Assembly (NCBI GenBank): GCA_018398765.1
Contig: JAHBMJ010000355.1
Coordinates: 62,001-126,000, forward strand
DNA: 64,000 bases
Source of the DNA: Chromera velia
Lineage: Eukaryota
Direction: 5' to 3'
Part shown: in pieces, positions 1 through 13,041 of the stretch
Position numbering within the stretch: position 1 is the stretch's first letter
Layout: every line of letters begins with the position of its first letter
The notes under the pieces: model-generated
Database searches by the model: none
What the model was told of the DNA's origin: nothing
The model's input: only the letters and a program-made list of their open reading frames with translations
Program-made: the position numbers and the translations under genes

Positions 1-250
1 GAAATTGCCTTCCAGGAAGGAAAGAAAATGAAGAAAAACCATTTTCAGGTCTATCCTCTTCCCTGCGAGGGGAGACTGTTTTCTTCTTCTGTCTTTTCAG
101 CTTTGCACGATCGAGAGGACCTGGCCAAGCCTGAGGAGCATGTGTGTGAAAGTAACCGTTTGTTCGACAGGGCTTGCTTGTTTATTTTGAACCGAATGTT
201 TTTCTTTTCTAATTCCATCAAAGGAAGCACTCTTTGCTTGCAGGACTCAC

Positions 251-1100
251 GGTGATGCTCGTTGCCCCCTCCACGACCCTGTCTGCCGGTGCAGGAGGAA
301 GGCAGAGAAGGGAGGCAGCCCCATAGGCAGGGAAGAGGTCTGTGTCCGGAGGCATCCCCTTAACCTTCTCGATTGTACGGGACAGATGCCGAACCAGACC
401 CTCCCTGCAGACAGACAGACAGACAGACAGACAGAGAGATAGAAGAAAAGAGGCATGGACGCACGGCAATCGAGAAGTTTCAAAGAAACCATCGACCGAT
501 TGGCAAGAAAAGGGAGAAAATTCCTTCCATGGAGGAGACCGAGCCAGAGAAAGAAGCGAAGCCGTCCAAAGAGCTAAAGAGGGATACAAAAGAAAGACAC
601 ATGCACTTAAATCGAGGCCTTCCTTTGTTTTTTCTGTTGAAGGAAGTGAGTAACCTTTGTTTGGCCCTGACGTTCTCTTGACTGAAGGAGGAGGGAGACT
701 GACAGGTTTGCTCCTTTTGGCTGAGGGTATCCCTTGACCTTAAAGCAGAGGTCGCCTCGAGCAACACCGTCCGCAAGCACTGAACCACCCGTGAAAGCCA
801 AAATAGGCGTGTCCTTCTTCTTCGTATGCTGCTTGTGCCCATACGAGCGTATTTGAAAAGACGCACATGCACGTGAGCAGTGCTGGCTTTAATCAAGAAG
901 AAGTGAAATGAAAGACCCACACGTCCAGCGGAGGTCCGTCCTTTTTGACAATGAATTCAGTCAGCAAGCGGAATGGATACTGTGTGTGGATTGGGACCTT
1001 CTTTGTCGTTGTACGTTTTGAGTTCTTTTTTTTTCTTTCATAACGAAAAGAGACAAAGAGAGGGCAGAGCAGGAAGGGATAAATTCGAAAGGTGAACTAG

Positions 1101-1143
<43 letters not shown>

Positions 1144-4100
1144 CTTGTAAGATCACTGGGGTAATGTTGCGATATTAGGAAAACACAATCAACCCCTGCA
1201 ATTGGAATGTCGTCAAAACGTTCGTCTTCTCCATCCTTCGTATCAGGTTGTTAACAGATAAACCAACAAATAAACGAACGAACCTCCTTGGAAACCCGAT
1301 CCAGAACTGCCACCATTCCCCCAAAAGTGTGGCCGGGCGCGTGGATGAAACGAAACTTGAACCCTGGACAAACTCTGCATCATGCAAGGAGTGAGTGCAG
1401 TTCAGTGAGAAAGAGCAGGGAGGGGGCACGAAGGGAATGAATAAATCAGACAGAACGATGTCATCCTGCATGAAGTGTTTCTGCCCCCAACCAAATGCTG
1501 TACTCTTTCCTTCCTTCATTTGGTCGACAAACACTCGATCAAAATCTCCCTCCTTCACCTAGACGCCCTCCCTCCTTCCCACTCACTCATTCACTCACTG
1601 ACTCACTCACTCTCGTGTGTCTCCATCCTTCACAAGAACGAGATGAGAATCGGGGATCGCAGCGTGAAGCGGCCTCTCGTGTTCCCCCACGAGGACCTCG
1701 GCTCCCGTCAGGCAGCAGAGCTTTGGGGCACCTGCGAAGAAGACGGTCGGAGTACGCAACTTCACTCGATCGCGCATTGGGGAACCTTTCGGACTGTAAA
1801 CGTGAACTCAAACGAACGTGCAAAGAAGTTTTTATCCCCGGACCTCTACCTTAGAGGGAGGGATAAGCCGTACAGCCAGACAAGGTAAGTCGGAGCAGAA
1901 CACGCGAGAATGAGAGAGAGGGGACAGCAAAAAGCAGCCCGAGGGAAAGAAACCGCGGAAACAGGGGACACAAACAGAAAAAAAGAAAACTGCAGACTGA
2001 ACGCACATATGTGCAGATGCACTGACTGACCCACCCACCCGAGACGAAGGCAAACGGAGCGTGAGTGACCACAATGCCCCGAAGAGTCAGGCCGTCGTGC
2101 TGCAAACACGCATGGCAGACAACATGCACACGAAAACATGCACAAACGGAGAGGAGAATTGAGTGCGAGCCCACAGGACAGGAAGGACACGTACCCAGAA
2201 AGAACTTCACTGGCCTTCCTTCGCCACACTCGATTGATTGATTGATTCAAAAACTTATTTGTCTTTTCATAACTCGCGAAGGGGCACCAAAGGAGCATAC
2301 TCTGGAAGGAAGGGATTGTTTGCCTCCTTCTATCCCCCTCCTGGGTACTCGACCTCTCACACCTCCCCGAGGTTTACTCCTCCATCACCCGAAAACTCCG
2401 ATATCCGCCAGTCTTGCTTTAGCCGGTTTCTCGCAGACACACGCCATACAATCAAGCACCAGCGTACCCCTGCATGCGGCGGGAGGCATACAGACAGACA
2501 AAGCGACAAGCCACCCACCTACCTCCAGATCTGAGAGATATCCTCTGAGGTCGGTGCCGGGGTCGATCACGAAAGCGTTCTCTGCAAGGAGCGGTGAATG
2601 GATGGATGCGCGGATGGATGGATAGATAAATGAATAAATGCTTTAAAAACCTCACGCATGGGGACACACTCGCGTTCTCCCCCCGGACGGACAGAAAGTC
2701 AAACAGTCAGGCGGGCAGCCAGCCAGAACGAACGGAAGAAAGATGGAAAGAAAACAAGAAGGAAAGAAAGACGGGAAAAAGGAAGGAAAGAAGGAATGAT
2801 GAATGAATGAATGAATGAATAAATGAATGAATGAATGAATGAGTGAGTGAGCGAGTGAGTGAGTGAAAGAAATAATAAATGAATGAATGAATGAATGAAT
2901 GAAAGAAGTAATAAATGAATGAATGATTGAATGAATCCTTTACTGGATGAATGAAGGAAAGAAGGAAGGAAGGAAGGAAGGAAGCAAAGGCAGAAAATGG
3001 GGAAGCAAAACAAAAAACAACGAAAAAGACAAAAACGAATCCAAGGAAAGAACGAAAGGAAGAAGCAAGGAAAGTCATAGGAACAAAGATAAAGTCGGCC
3101 AACAGAACAGTCTCTTCTGTCCACAAGGCATTAATAGATGAACACCCCATCTCCATCTTTCACTAATTTTGTTCTGTGGTATTTGTCAATGCTCACTGAC
3201 AGCCCCGAAGCCCCGAAGCGTCGTCGGTCAAGCAGGGACGGCCACACTTGTTCCTTCACACCCATTTTTACTCATACATATCGATGTGTCATTGTCTTCG
3301 TACAGGAACGCATACATACACAGAAAAAAGATACATAAGCATCAATCAAACATGGATCAATGTGTACCTACGCCTGCAGACAACCAACAAAGAAAAGCAA
3401 TGAAGACAAGGAAATCGACTGACTGTCCAGAGCAATCAGGTAGGACGCCACTCCCATCGACCCATCGTAGTAACACCTGCACGCACGCTTGACGCACGCA
3501 CGCACGATGCATCATCCATCTATCGAGGAATATGGACGGATGCAGTCCTGTCGTCCGTCCGTCCGTTTGTTCGTCCATCCATGCATGCAGTCACTCAGTG
3601 AGCCATGCACCCGGCCATCATGCGTTCCTCAATTTTTCCATGCGTTTATTCCTTTGTTCATTGATTGAGTGACTCATTGGTCCCCGTAAAGAAGGAAGGA
3701 TACGAAATGGACAAAAACCCATGCATGGGAGCATGTGTTCGTGCCTATGTGCGTGACAAAGAGATCGACCAAAAAACGACAATAATAAAAAAAAGAAAAT
3801 AAACAGATCAAGAGACCCACCAACCTGAAGACAACGTCGCCCTTCAGAACGCGACAGAAATTTGCAAAGTCCAGCTCATCCTCTTCGTCTGCCCCCAGCT
3901 GCATACACTCAAAAGAGAAAGAAAGAGCCGGGAAATCAGACAGGGTCAGACACGGAGCTGCCAGTCCAGAAAAAGCGAAAAACTGGTGTTCACACATGCG
4001 CGTGCATCACTATGAGAGAGACTCTGCCTCCCTTTCTTCCTGACAGTGTAAAAATGCGAGTGTGACTTTGTGTGGAGGGGGGGGGGCGAGGGGAGTGTGG

Positions 4101-7033
4101 GCGGGCTTGCGTTTCTTATCGCATGATGCCAATTTTCTCTATCGGGAAAAAGAATGAGTGTAAAGAAGACCGTAAAATCTCTGTATTTATACCAATTTTT
4201 GGTTTGTGTCTATCAAAGGGAATGATCCTCGATGCTTTCCTTTTGACGGCCACATCCCGTGTGTGCGTGCGAATCTCCCGATGGCCGTTTCGTAGCCTCG
4301 GCAGACGTTTGACTTTTATCGAAGGGCCCGCCGTGGAGGTAGATGTCCGTACGATCGGGCTGGGGCTTGATACGCAGGACCTTTCATGTCGATGCTTCTT
4401 GATGTGTACAACACGTCCGTGCAGAGTTTTTGCAGAACAAAACAAACCACCCAACTCACTGACTGACCAGCCGCAACCAGGTCTCGGCCTTGATCACCGG
4501 ACCCACTGCCTTCTCCAGTCGCCTCAAAGCTGCAAACGGTCTCTCTCAAAAATCGGAAACGTACGGGGGTATCATGAACAGCGCGAGGTTTCCTTTTTGC
4601 CAAACCGATGTGTCGAGACGCAGACTAGGCCTGCCGGCGGGCCTTTTCAATGGCAAAATAAACGAGTCACCGCGGATTACCGACTTTCGGGAGAGCTGCA
4701 AAAGAACGTTCCGAGCATCTTTGCCAAAGAATGCACTCAAAGAATACAAAATCAATGCAAATGATCGAGTCAAAGAATTTGGCAGTCAGCTCACTCTTTT
4801 TTCATTCAGCATATCTAAAGAACATCTATGCATGCAATTCAGCACTTCCATCGCTGTGTGAATTGATGGCATAGTAATACATGCATAAGAAAGAAGCAAA
4901 TGGCCTGACTGACCCGTTGGAAGGCTCATAAAACCTCCAAGTCTCTTCATGGTTCCGGACAAAATTTGTGTCTTGTCGGCTCCTAGAGGGGCGGATGGGT
5001 GCAGACTCCCGAGAGATGTCGCCGGGCGTGCGAGATGATTTTGCCCTCCCTGGCCGGATGGGGATGCATCTGCCGCCGCCGTGTCCTTTCTCTTTCCCCC
5101 CTTCTCTGATCTGTTTGCTGAGGAGACCTTATCTTCTGCAGGAGGCTCCAATACAGACACAGCCCGGAGAGAGACGTGGACCGTGGATGAAGTTGCGTTC
5201 AGGTTCGTTGCTGAGAGACTGCACACAAATAAGGAAACAAGCACCCAAACATGCACACAGGAGGATGAGGAGTGGGCCTCTTCATAGGAGCACTTGAGCT
5301 TCTTTTTAGAGAGAAGCTGTCTATGCGACCGCGCAGGCAGGCATACAAGAAAGGGGCATTCGTTTACTTTCGATTATGCTGACATTTCCTTCTTCCTTCG
5401 AACCAGCCCGCTGCACATCCATCGGCCCCACGCAGCCAGAAGAGAAGAAAGGGGCTGAAAAAAATGAAAGTCAAAACAGAAAAACACGACTCAAGGTGAC
5501 AAGCAGAGGCAGTGCTGACGGGATCCAACATGTGACGCACGCACACACCGATTACACGTAGAACATGAATACACCCGCGAGCCAATAGTATCCTGAGTGA
5601 CGCACGCACGCTGTGTTTTGCAGACATGACTCGAAAGAGAGGGTAGACTGAAGAGACGGATTCGGAGACGAGTCACGAGACAAATAACAAGAGGCAGAAT
5701 ATTTATCAATCCCCGTCTCTCGTCCCTCGTTGAAATTTCCTTACTCGACATGTTCGAAGAGCACCGACAAACACCAGATGTGTGAATCTGGAAGCCTTAC
5801 AAGAAAACCACAAAACGTCATCGCAACAGACTGACTGACCCGTGGGAGAGACGCTGCGGTCCACCAGCAGTCGTTTGAGGCCTCTCTCTGGCCGCCATTC
5901 CTGCTGTTGACTGGACAGCAGAAAGGGGAAGAGAGGCAGTGACTGCCCCCGCCCCCGTGGGACCAGTAGCCTGAGGCGGTCTCTCCTTCAACCCCTTCGG
6001 CTGCTGGACTACCGAGGAGGCGGCGGCGGTTGTTTTCTCCTTCTCTTTCAAATTCCCCCCATTTCTGTGTGTTACCCTGTCTCTCTCCCTCTCTCTGGCG
6101 ACGTCTTCGGGTTGTTGGAAGTCAAACTGAGAGAGGACAGAAAGGTCCCGTGGGGGACGTGCAGCGCTGCCTGGCGTGATGTCACGAGAGAGGGTGCAAT
6201 TCGGTGTGTGCGCTCCTGCACGCAGGCACTCTCGATCGATCGATCGATCCAGAGTACTTACGCCCATGCACACACAGAAACATACATGCAGACAGACAGA
6301 CAGCCAGCCAGCCAGCCAGACAGACAGACACAAAGAACGAAAGAAAGCGCAGAATGAATGCAATTAAGGGAAAGGAAAGAAAAGGAAAAGGGGGTCTCGG
6401 CAGATGTCCGATCACGAGGCAGGGAGGTGCGGCAATGAATGAGGTGTACTGCCTGCGGGATTCTTGTGCTGTTGTTGCTCTGGTCGTGTCGTACGGAAAA
6501 ACAAAACAACGTTCATTCTGTCCTCCATGCGCATTTATTGTAGCCAAGAGAAACGAAAGAAAGGATTGACAGCTAGTCAGAGTTTGGGTCTAAAGCAAAA
6601 ATTCTCTTTTTGCCCCTTTCCATCGTTTGTTTGCATCTCCGTCGATTTTGCAGGTCGTGCGTTTTCCTTAATTGGCATTGCTGACAGGCCCGCCCGGTGC
6701 AAAAACACAAACAACCACGACAACTTCCGATCCGTTAATTTAAGATACAGTCTTCCAACCAGCCGAGCAACTGGTCTTGCAACCAACGAACCAACCAACC
6801 GTGGAGGAAGAGAGGTGTGACACTCCTGAGGATTTCGTTGCCTCGTCTGGGCGTGTGCAGTTCTTTTTCTTCTTTTTCTTTCTCCTCGTCATCGCTGAAC
6901 CGCCTCTGAGGCGCAAGGGCGCTTCCCGATCCAGGAGGGGGCGGGCCCCCAGCGGTGACGTCCCTCAATTCTTCCAGAGACAGGAGACCGTCTCCGTCCT
7001 GCAGAAATTAAAGGTGCAGAAAGCCATGCAGGG

Positions 7034-7075
<42 letters not shown>

Positions 7076-10000
7076 GTACATACATACAAAATCAATTACA
7101 CAAGCCGAGCACTCGATCCCCCTTCCACACGCTCCCTCCCTCCCACCCATCTGACCGACCGACCGACACACCCACTGAACCTGTGAAGAGACCGGAAGGC
7201 AGCACTCGACAGTGCATGCATTTATTTTCATTCATTTGTATATAAAATTCTGTATGTATGAAAATTAATGCACACACCCACTGACCCTGTCAAGAGACCG
7301 GAAGGCAGCCCTCGACAGTTCACTCGAGGTGGCGATGTTCCTCTCGCAACAGGCCGCCAGAAACTCCTGCAAGGAAGTAAGTTGACAGACAGACGTACAA
7401 GCGGACGGAATATTTTCAGGCAGATCTTCGGACACACACAAACTTCCACCTGAATAAAGAAAGCTTCAAAGACAGACAAAGAAACTGACAGGTACATGAT
7501 CATTTAAAGGAAATTTCGACTTCTTGCGATACTCCTCATCCTCTTTTATCGTCCCCGGCAAAACTCGTTCGTTTGAAGAAATCAAGTGTTTTTCACACTT
7601 CCTTAGCCGCACCATATTTCGACAAAAGAAAAGGAGGAGAGAAGGAAAAGAGAAGGCGGGATTCAAGAGACATCATTACAAGTGATACGCTTAATTCTTC
7701 GTCTGAGTTTCATCCATGCTCTCTGTTAGTTGGAGTCCGGTTCATGGTTTCTCTCTCGATCCATCTTCTCTCAGTGAAGAGCTCGCTGACCGACCTTAAA
7801 TTCAATCTGCCCGTCAAAGTTGGTGTCAACAGACTGAAAGAGAATCTGAAGGCAAAAAGGCAGGCAGAGTCTATTGGTTGAGGGGTAAATATGAACAAGG
7901 TCGAGACGGGAAAATAAAATATTCAACATAGCCATGAATGCAAAGGTTGACGGTCTCCCGAGACCTTCCGGAAGCTTCGCTCTGGGAAGACTGGATTCCC
8001 TTCATACAGATACAGAGGGGCTCTTCTCTTTTCTTCTCTTCTCTCTTGTGGAGACAGACAATGGTTTGGGCAAAATCTCATGACCAATCAATGGCTTGAA
8101 GATTTTTTTTTCCATTGTGTGTTTCCGTTTCATGACCAACAAGGTAACTCTAGAATAGGGGTCGGTTTCTCGTCAAACCGCGACAAATCCCTTCTCGCAT
8201 GATTTTTTCTTTTCTTTTCTTTGAAGAGCTCCGACAGAAAGACAGACAGACAGACACCCTTCTGCCTGCCCCCTTCGGACGGACCCTCATTTCCTCATCA
8301 CTGCTGCAAAGTTCGGAGGCCAAAAACAGGAGACGGGGCGTGAAGATCTTCCGAAGTTCAGCGTCGGACCGGATCGTTGGCAGCTTCGTGCGGAACCAGG
8401 CCCGCAAGGTCTGCATGCAGGAGGCAAAATACAAATGAAGGGGCCAAAAACTCATCTCATCCGCACAGGGCTGGATGGCTCTACAAAGTGAGTTCAGTCT
8501 CTTAGAGCAGCACAAGGACGGACGGTGATCCCTCTTTTCAGAAGTAAATTGATTGCTTGTCCTTCCAAAGATGAACAGACAGTTTTTCTCTCTTCTGCTG
8601 ACGTACTTAACGTATCTTCCCGCTCTTGCCATCCACCGACCGTTTTGAGTTCCTCGAACGACACCACCCCGTCTCTGTCCGAATCGAACTCCGAAAAAGT
8701 CTGCCGGAGCTGCTCCCACCTTGACCCTCTTAGGTAAGACGCCGCCGCTGTGAGGGCTGCCTTCACCAGTTTGGTGTGTCGGGGCCAACAGAGCAAATTC
8801 GCAATTGCCCTGACAGGAATTCTGTCAAGCTCGAGTTTGTAGCTGGAGTGAATCCATGGGTGCTGCACCGCCTCTCTGGCTGAGATTCTCTTTGAGGGGT
8901 CGACTTGCAGAAGCCGCTCACAGAAGTCCCGAGCTTCAGCCGACACCCTTTTTTTGTCATCGGATGTCCACTGAGCCTTCCAACCACCCCACAACCGATT
9001 GAAGAGCTCTGCCTTTTCTCGGGGGTCCGTGGATGTTCGAATTTTCTCTCTTAGGGCCTCTTGGTCATCTGTCAAGTGAGAATGGTGGGTGAGTGCCGTG
9101 TAGGTCATTGCCCCAACGGACCAAAGATCTACGGCCTCGCTGAACGAATCAGAAACCAGGACCTCAGGTGCAATGAAGGAGTGTGTTGGATGAATACGAT
9201 CACGAAACGGACAGCCGGAAAGAGATTCACGGATCCGATCTGCAAGTGAATCTCCTCCGCCAGTTGCTTTACTGTTCTTTCCCCCCTTTTCCTGTCCCTG
9301 TCCCCCCCCCTGCCCCTGTGGCGTCGCCGACTCTTGGGGAGAGGGCGTGGGGGTTTTCACTTCAATGCCCCCCCCCTTGTCTCCTCCCCCTTCCCCTCCC
9401 CCCGCCCCCGGTCCGTGGGCAGTAGAGGAAGCAGAAGACGAAGCGCTGCTATTGACCCCCCCTATTCCCCTTGAGGAAGGGCTAATGACGGCAGCTTCCT
9501 CCCCCTCATCCGAATCCCCCCCNTCCTCGAACGACACCACCCCGTCTCTGTCCGAATCGAACTCCGAAAAAGTCTGCCGGAGCTGCTCCCACCTTGACCC
9601 TCTTAGGTAAGACGCCGCCGCTGTGAGGGCTGCCTTCACCAGTTTGGTGTGTCGGGGCCAACAGAGCAAATTCGCAATTGCCCTGACAGGAATTCTGTCA
9701 AGCTCGAGTTTGTAGCTGGAGTGAATCCATGGGTGCTGCACCGCCTCTCTGGCTGAGATTCTCTTTGAGGGGTCGACTTGCAGAAGCCGCTCACAGAAGT
9801 CCCGAGCTTCAGCCGACACCCTTTTTTTGTCATCGGATGTCCACTGAGCCTTCCAACCACCCCACAACCGATTGAAGAGCTCTGCCTTTTCTCGGGGGTC
9901 CGTGGATGTTCGAATTTTCTCTCTTAGGGCCTCTTGGTCATCTGTCAAGTGAGAATGGTGGGTGAGTGCCGTGTAGGTCATTGCCCCAACGGACCAAAGA

Positions 10001-13000
10001 TCTACGGCCTCGCTGAACGAATCAGAAACCAGGACCTCAGGTGCAATGAAGGAGTGTGTTGGATGAATACGATCACGAAACGGACAGCCGGAAAGAGATT
10101 CACGGATCCGATCTGCAAGTGAATCTCCTCCGCCAGTTGCTTTACTGTTCTTTCCCCCCTTTTCCTGTCCCTGTCCCCCCCCCTGCCCCTGTGGCGTCGC
10201 CGACTCTTGGGGAGAGGGCGTGGGGGTTTTCACTTCAATGCCCCCCCCCTTGTCTCCTCCCCCTTCCCCTCCCCCCGCCCCCGGTCCGTGGGCAGTAGAG
10301 GAAGCAGAAGACGAAGCGCTGCTATTGACCCCCCCTATTCCCCTTGAGGAAGGGCTAATGACGGCAGCTTCCTCCCCCTCATCCGAATCCCCCCCCAACG
10401 AAGTAGAAGAACCCTCCCGACAACCCCTCAAGGACAACAGTCCCCTCAGGTTTCCCATTACATTCTGATTCAGGCGCTGTGTCGACGTGCCGTAGTAGGC
10501 TGCTTTCTTCGGCTGGCTTTGTTGCTGCACGCAGCGTTGTTGGCATGAAGTTGTGTGTCCTGTCTCTCTCTCTTTCTCGCTCTCTCTCTCTCTTTCTTTC
10601 TGGTTTTCTTTCTTTTGTTTTCCTTCTCTCTTTTCTCTTTTTTGCCTTTGTTGTTTTTTTCGTTTGTTTGTTCGTTCACTCTTCGTTTTCTGTGCAGTGC
10701 TATTTTTTTCTCCTTTCTCCTCTTGGGCAAAAGACGGGGCAAAAAGTTGGCCAGTCAACCAAGCAACTTCTTTCCTTTCTTCCACGCACCGACCGACCGT
10801 CTCATTCATGGAACAGTTTGCCCGTCGTGCAAATCCAAAATCGACAAGCTGCAAGAAGGAAGGGAGAAAAGGAGATAGAGGAAAAAGAAAGGAGAGGGAA
10901 AGGTTGAATTTTATCAGGAGAAAAATGGAGACGCCTAGGCGTTTTGGGGGGGTCTCTCGTTTCCATGCCAACATTTGCCAACCTGTGTTTGCGTTTGTAC
11001 GGATGGATTCGTGTCTAAGCGATCAGAATTGGATGCGTGCGGTAAGTGGTGAGTGTGTGCGTTTGTGTGTGTCCAAGTGTATGTGTGTGCGCGTGTGTGG
11101 TTGAGAGAGGGGCGGGGGGCGAAAGAGGAAGGGCGTGCCTCAATGGCCGCCCTGGAAGCTCAAGAGAATAAATGAAAAAAAGGGAAGTCGCCGTTTGCCA
11201 ATTTTCCTCACACCTTCTTTCCAGCCTCTTTTTCCTCCTCGTAACGGGAACGGGAAGGGAAAGAAAGTGACCAAGAAAGGAAGAAGCGTCTGTCATATCA
11301 ATCCTTCAGTCTGCACTTTCCTCCATTCCTTTTCCTCCCTCCCCCTTCCTCCTCCCACCTTCACGGGCGAGTCAGGCGCCTGAGAGACGAAGAGGATGTT
11401 GTCGTATTTGATGTCTCTGTGGACAAAACCTAGAAAGGAGGGAGGGAGGGGGGGGGGGCAGAAAAACAGTGGGGGCAGATGAAAAAGAGAAGCGGCGTGT
11501 GAACAGATGGCCGGGGTCTCTGTTCGACAGATAAAGTCTGAAAGAGAAAGAAAAAGTACCCGTCTTGCTGCGAGGACAGAGAGAGAAGGCATACGAGACA
11601 AGAGACATCAGGCTAATACGCTAACCCGCTGAATAAACGTAACCTGAACCCCACAATATTCATCAACCGTCACGACCAATAGACGCACCCACCCCGTGAA
11701 TGGATGTGAATCAAGGCCGAGCACACATGGCGAATGACTCTCTTCAGCCACTTCTCCGACACCCTTTCCGATTCTGCAAAGGAACAGTACGGTGGAAGTA
11801 TTTCGTGAATTATAGAGCCGAAAGGACTCATGCAATGCATTGCATAAAAGGGGCAAAATGAAGAGAGGCAGGGCGATCAGAATTTCCAAAAAAGAAGGCA
11901 GAAATGCACGGAGAAATGCGCCAACACAGAGAGAGACGCACACACACTGACAGCTAGGCACACGTGTACACGCACACACAAACAATCAGAAGGAGGGAGG
12001 GAGGGAGGGAGGGAGGGACGGAATTCAGTGCCGACACTTCCATGCCGGCCGGGCGACACAAAAAAGGAAACAAGGGCTACCACAAAGAAGGAGAGACGGA
12101 AAAGACAGAGAGGCAGAGACAGGGTCAGGCAGAGACAGACAGACAGGCAGACAGACAGACAGACAGACAAGATAGGAAAGGAAAGGAAGAAGATGGATGT
12201 GGACGTGCATGCATGCAGACTGACCCCTGAGTCTGTCAAAGAGCTCCCCGCCCTCACAGAGTTCCTGACAGATGTAGTACTGCATGCATCCATGCATGCG
12301 TACGCAAAATGGAATTGACGTGTATGAATCCAACGTCTGTCAAGAATGCTACAGGCAGAAAGAGGAAGAGCACAAGACGCAACGAAAAAAAAGAGGGAGG
12401 GAGGGAAGAGACCTCCTCCCCCCGCTATTCGCAGGGCTCAGTCTCGACAGATGAAGTCATCACTTGCTGCAATGCGAGTTGAGTTGAGTGCAGCTTTAAA
12501 GCAAAATACCAAGCGGACAGTCCTCAGCATGAACTCACTCATTGACGCATGCACACACAAGCCCCACTGAGTGACTGCCTGCCTGCCTGCCTGCCTGACT
12601 GATTAACTGACGCTTCTGGCGTCTGAGAAGATTTCGAAGAGCCTGATGATCTGGGGATGGTCCAGTTCCCTCAGGATGTTGATCTCCTCGTTCAACACGG
12701 AAACGTCCTGGATCGCACTCCTGCATCATGAAGCTTACAGATAGATAGATAGATAGATAGATACTGAGATGTGCACGTACGTATTCATACATATATATGC
12801 ATGGGTCCCCCCAAGCGCAGTCTACTCCTTCCCCCACCCACCCCCCTAGGGTCCCTCCTTCCTTCCTTCCTTCCTTCCTTGATGTCCTTCGGGCCATTCT
12901 TTCTTTCATTTGCATTCAAGGTCCTTCATGTCCATTCATTTGGTCATTCATTTGGGGGGGCTTTGTGTTGATGCGGGGAGAGAGCCTTAAGGACAGACAG

Positions 13001-13006
13001 ACAGAC

Positions 13007-13041
<35 letters not shown>

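Noticed and set aside
480..920. 146-aa minus-strand ORF (CLRTVLLEATSAL...) as the coding frame
   Set aside because: A different frame (AFTGGSVLADGVARGDL) fits both the splice phases and the MBL motif.
8494..10974. 826-aa ORF appearing to encode a kinase with a duplicated C-lobe and EF1
   Set aside because: The two 872-bp copies look identical and are joined by a single N. This is the typical signature of overlapping contig ends in a scaffold; frame is preserved only because 873 is divisible by 3.
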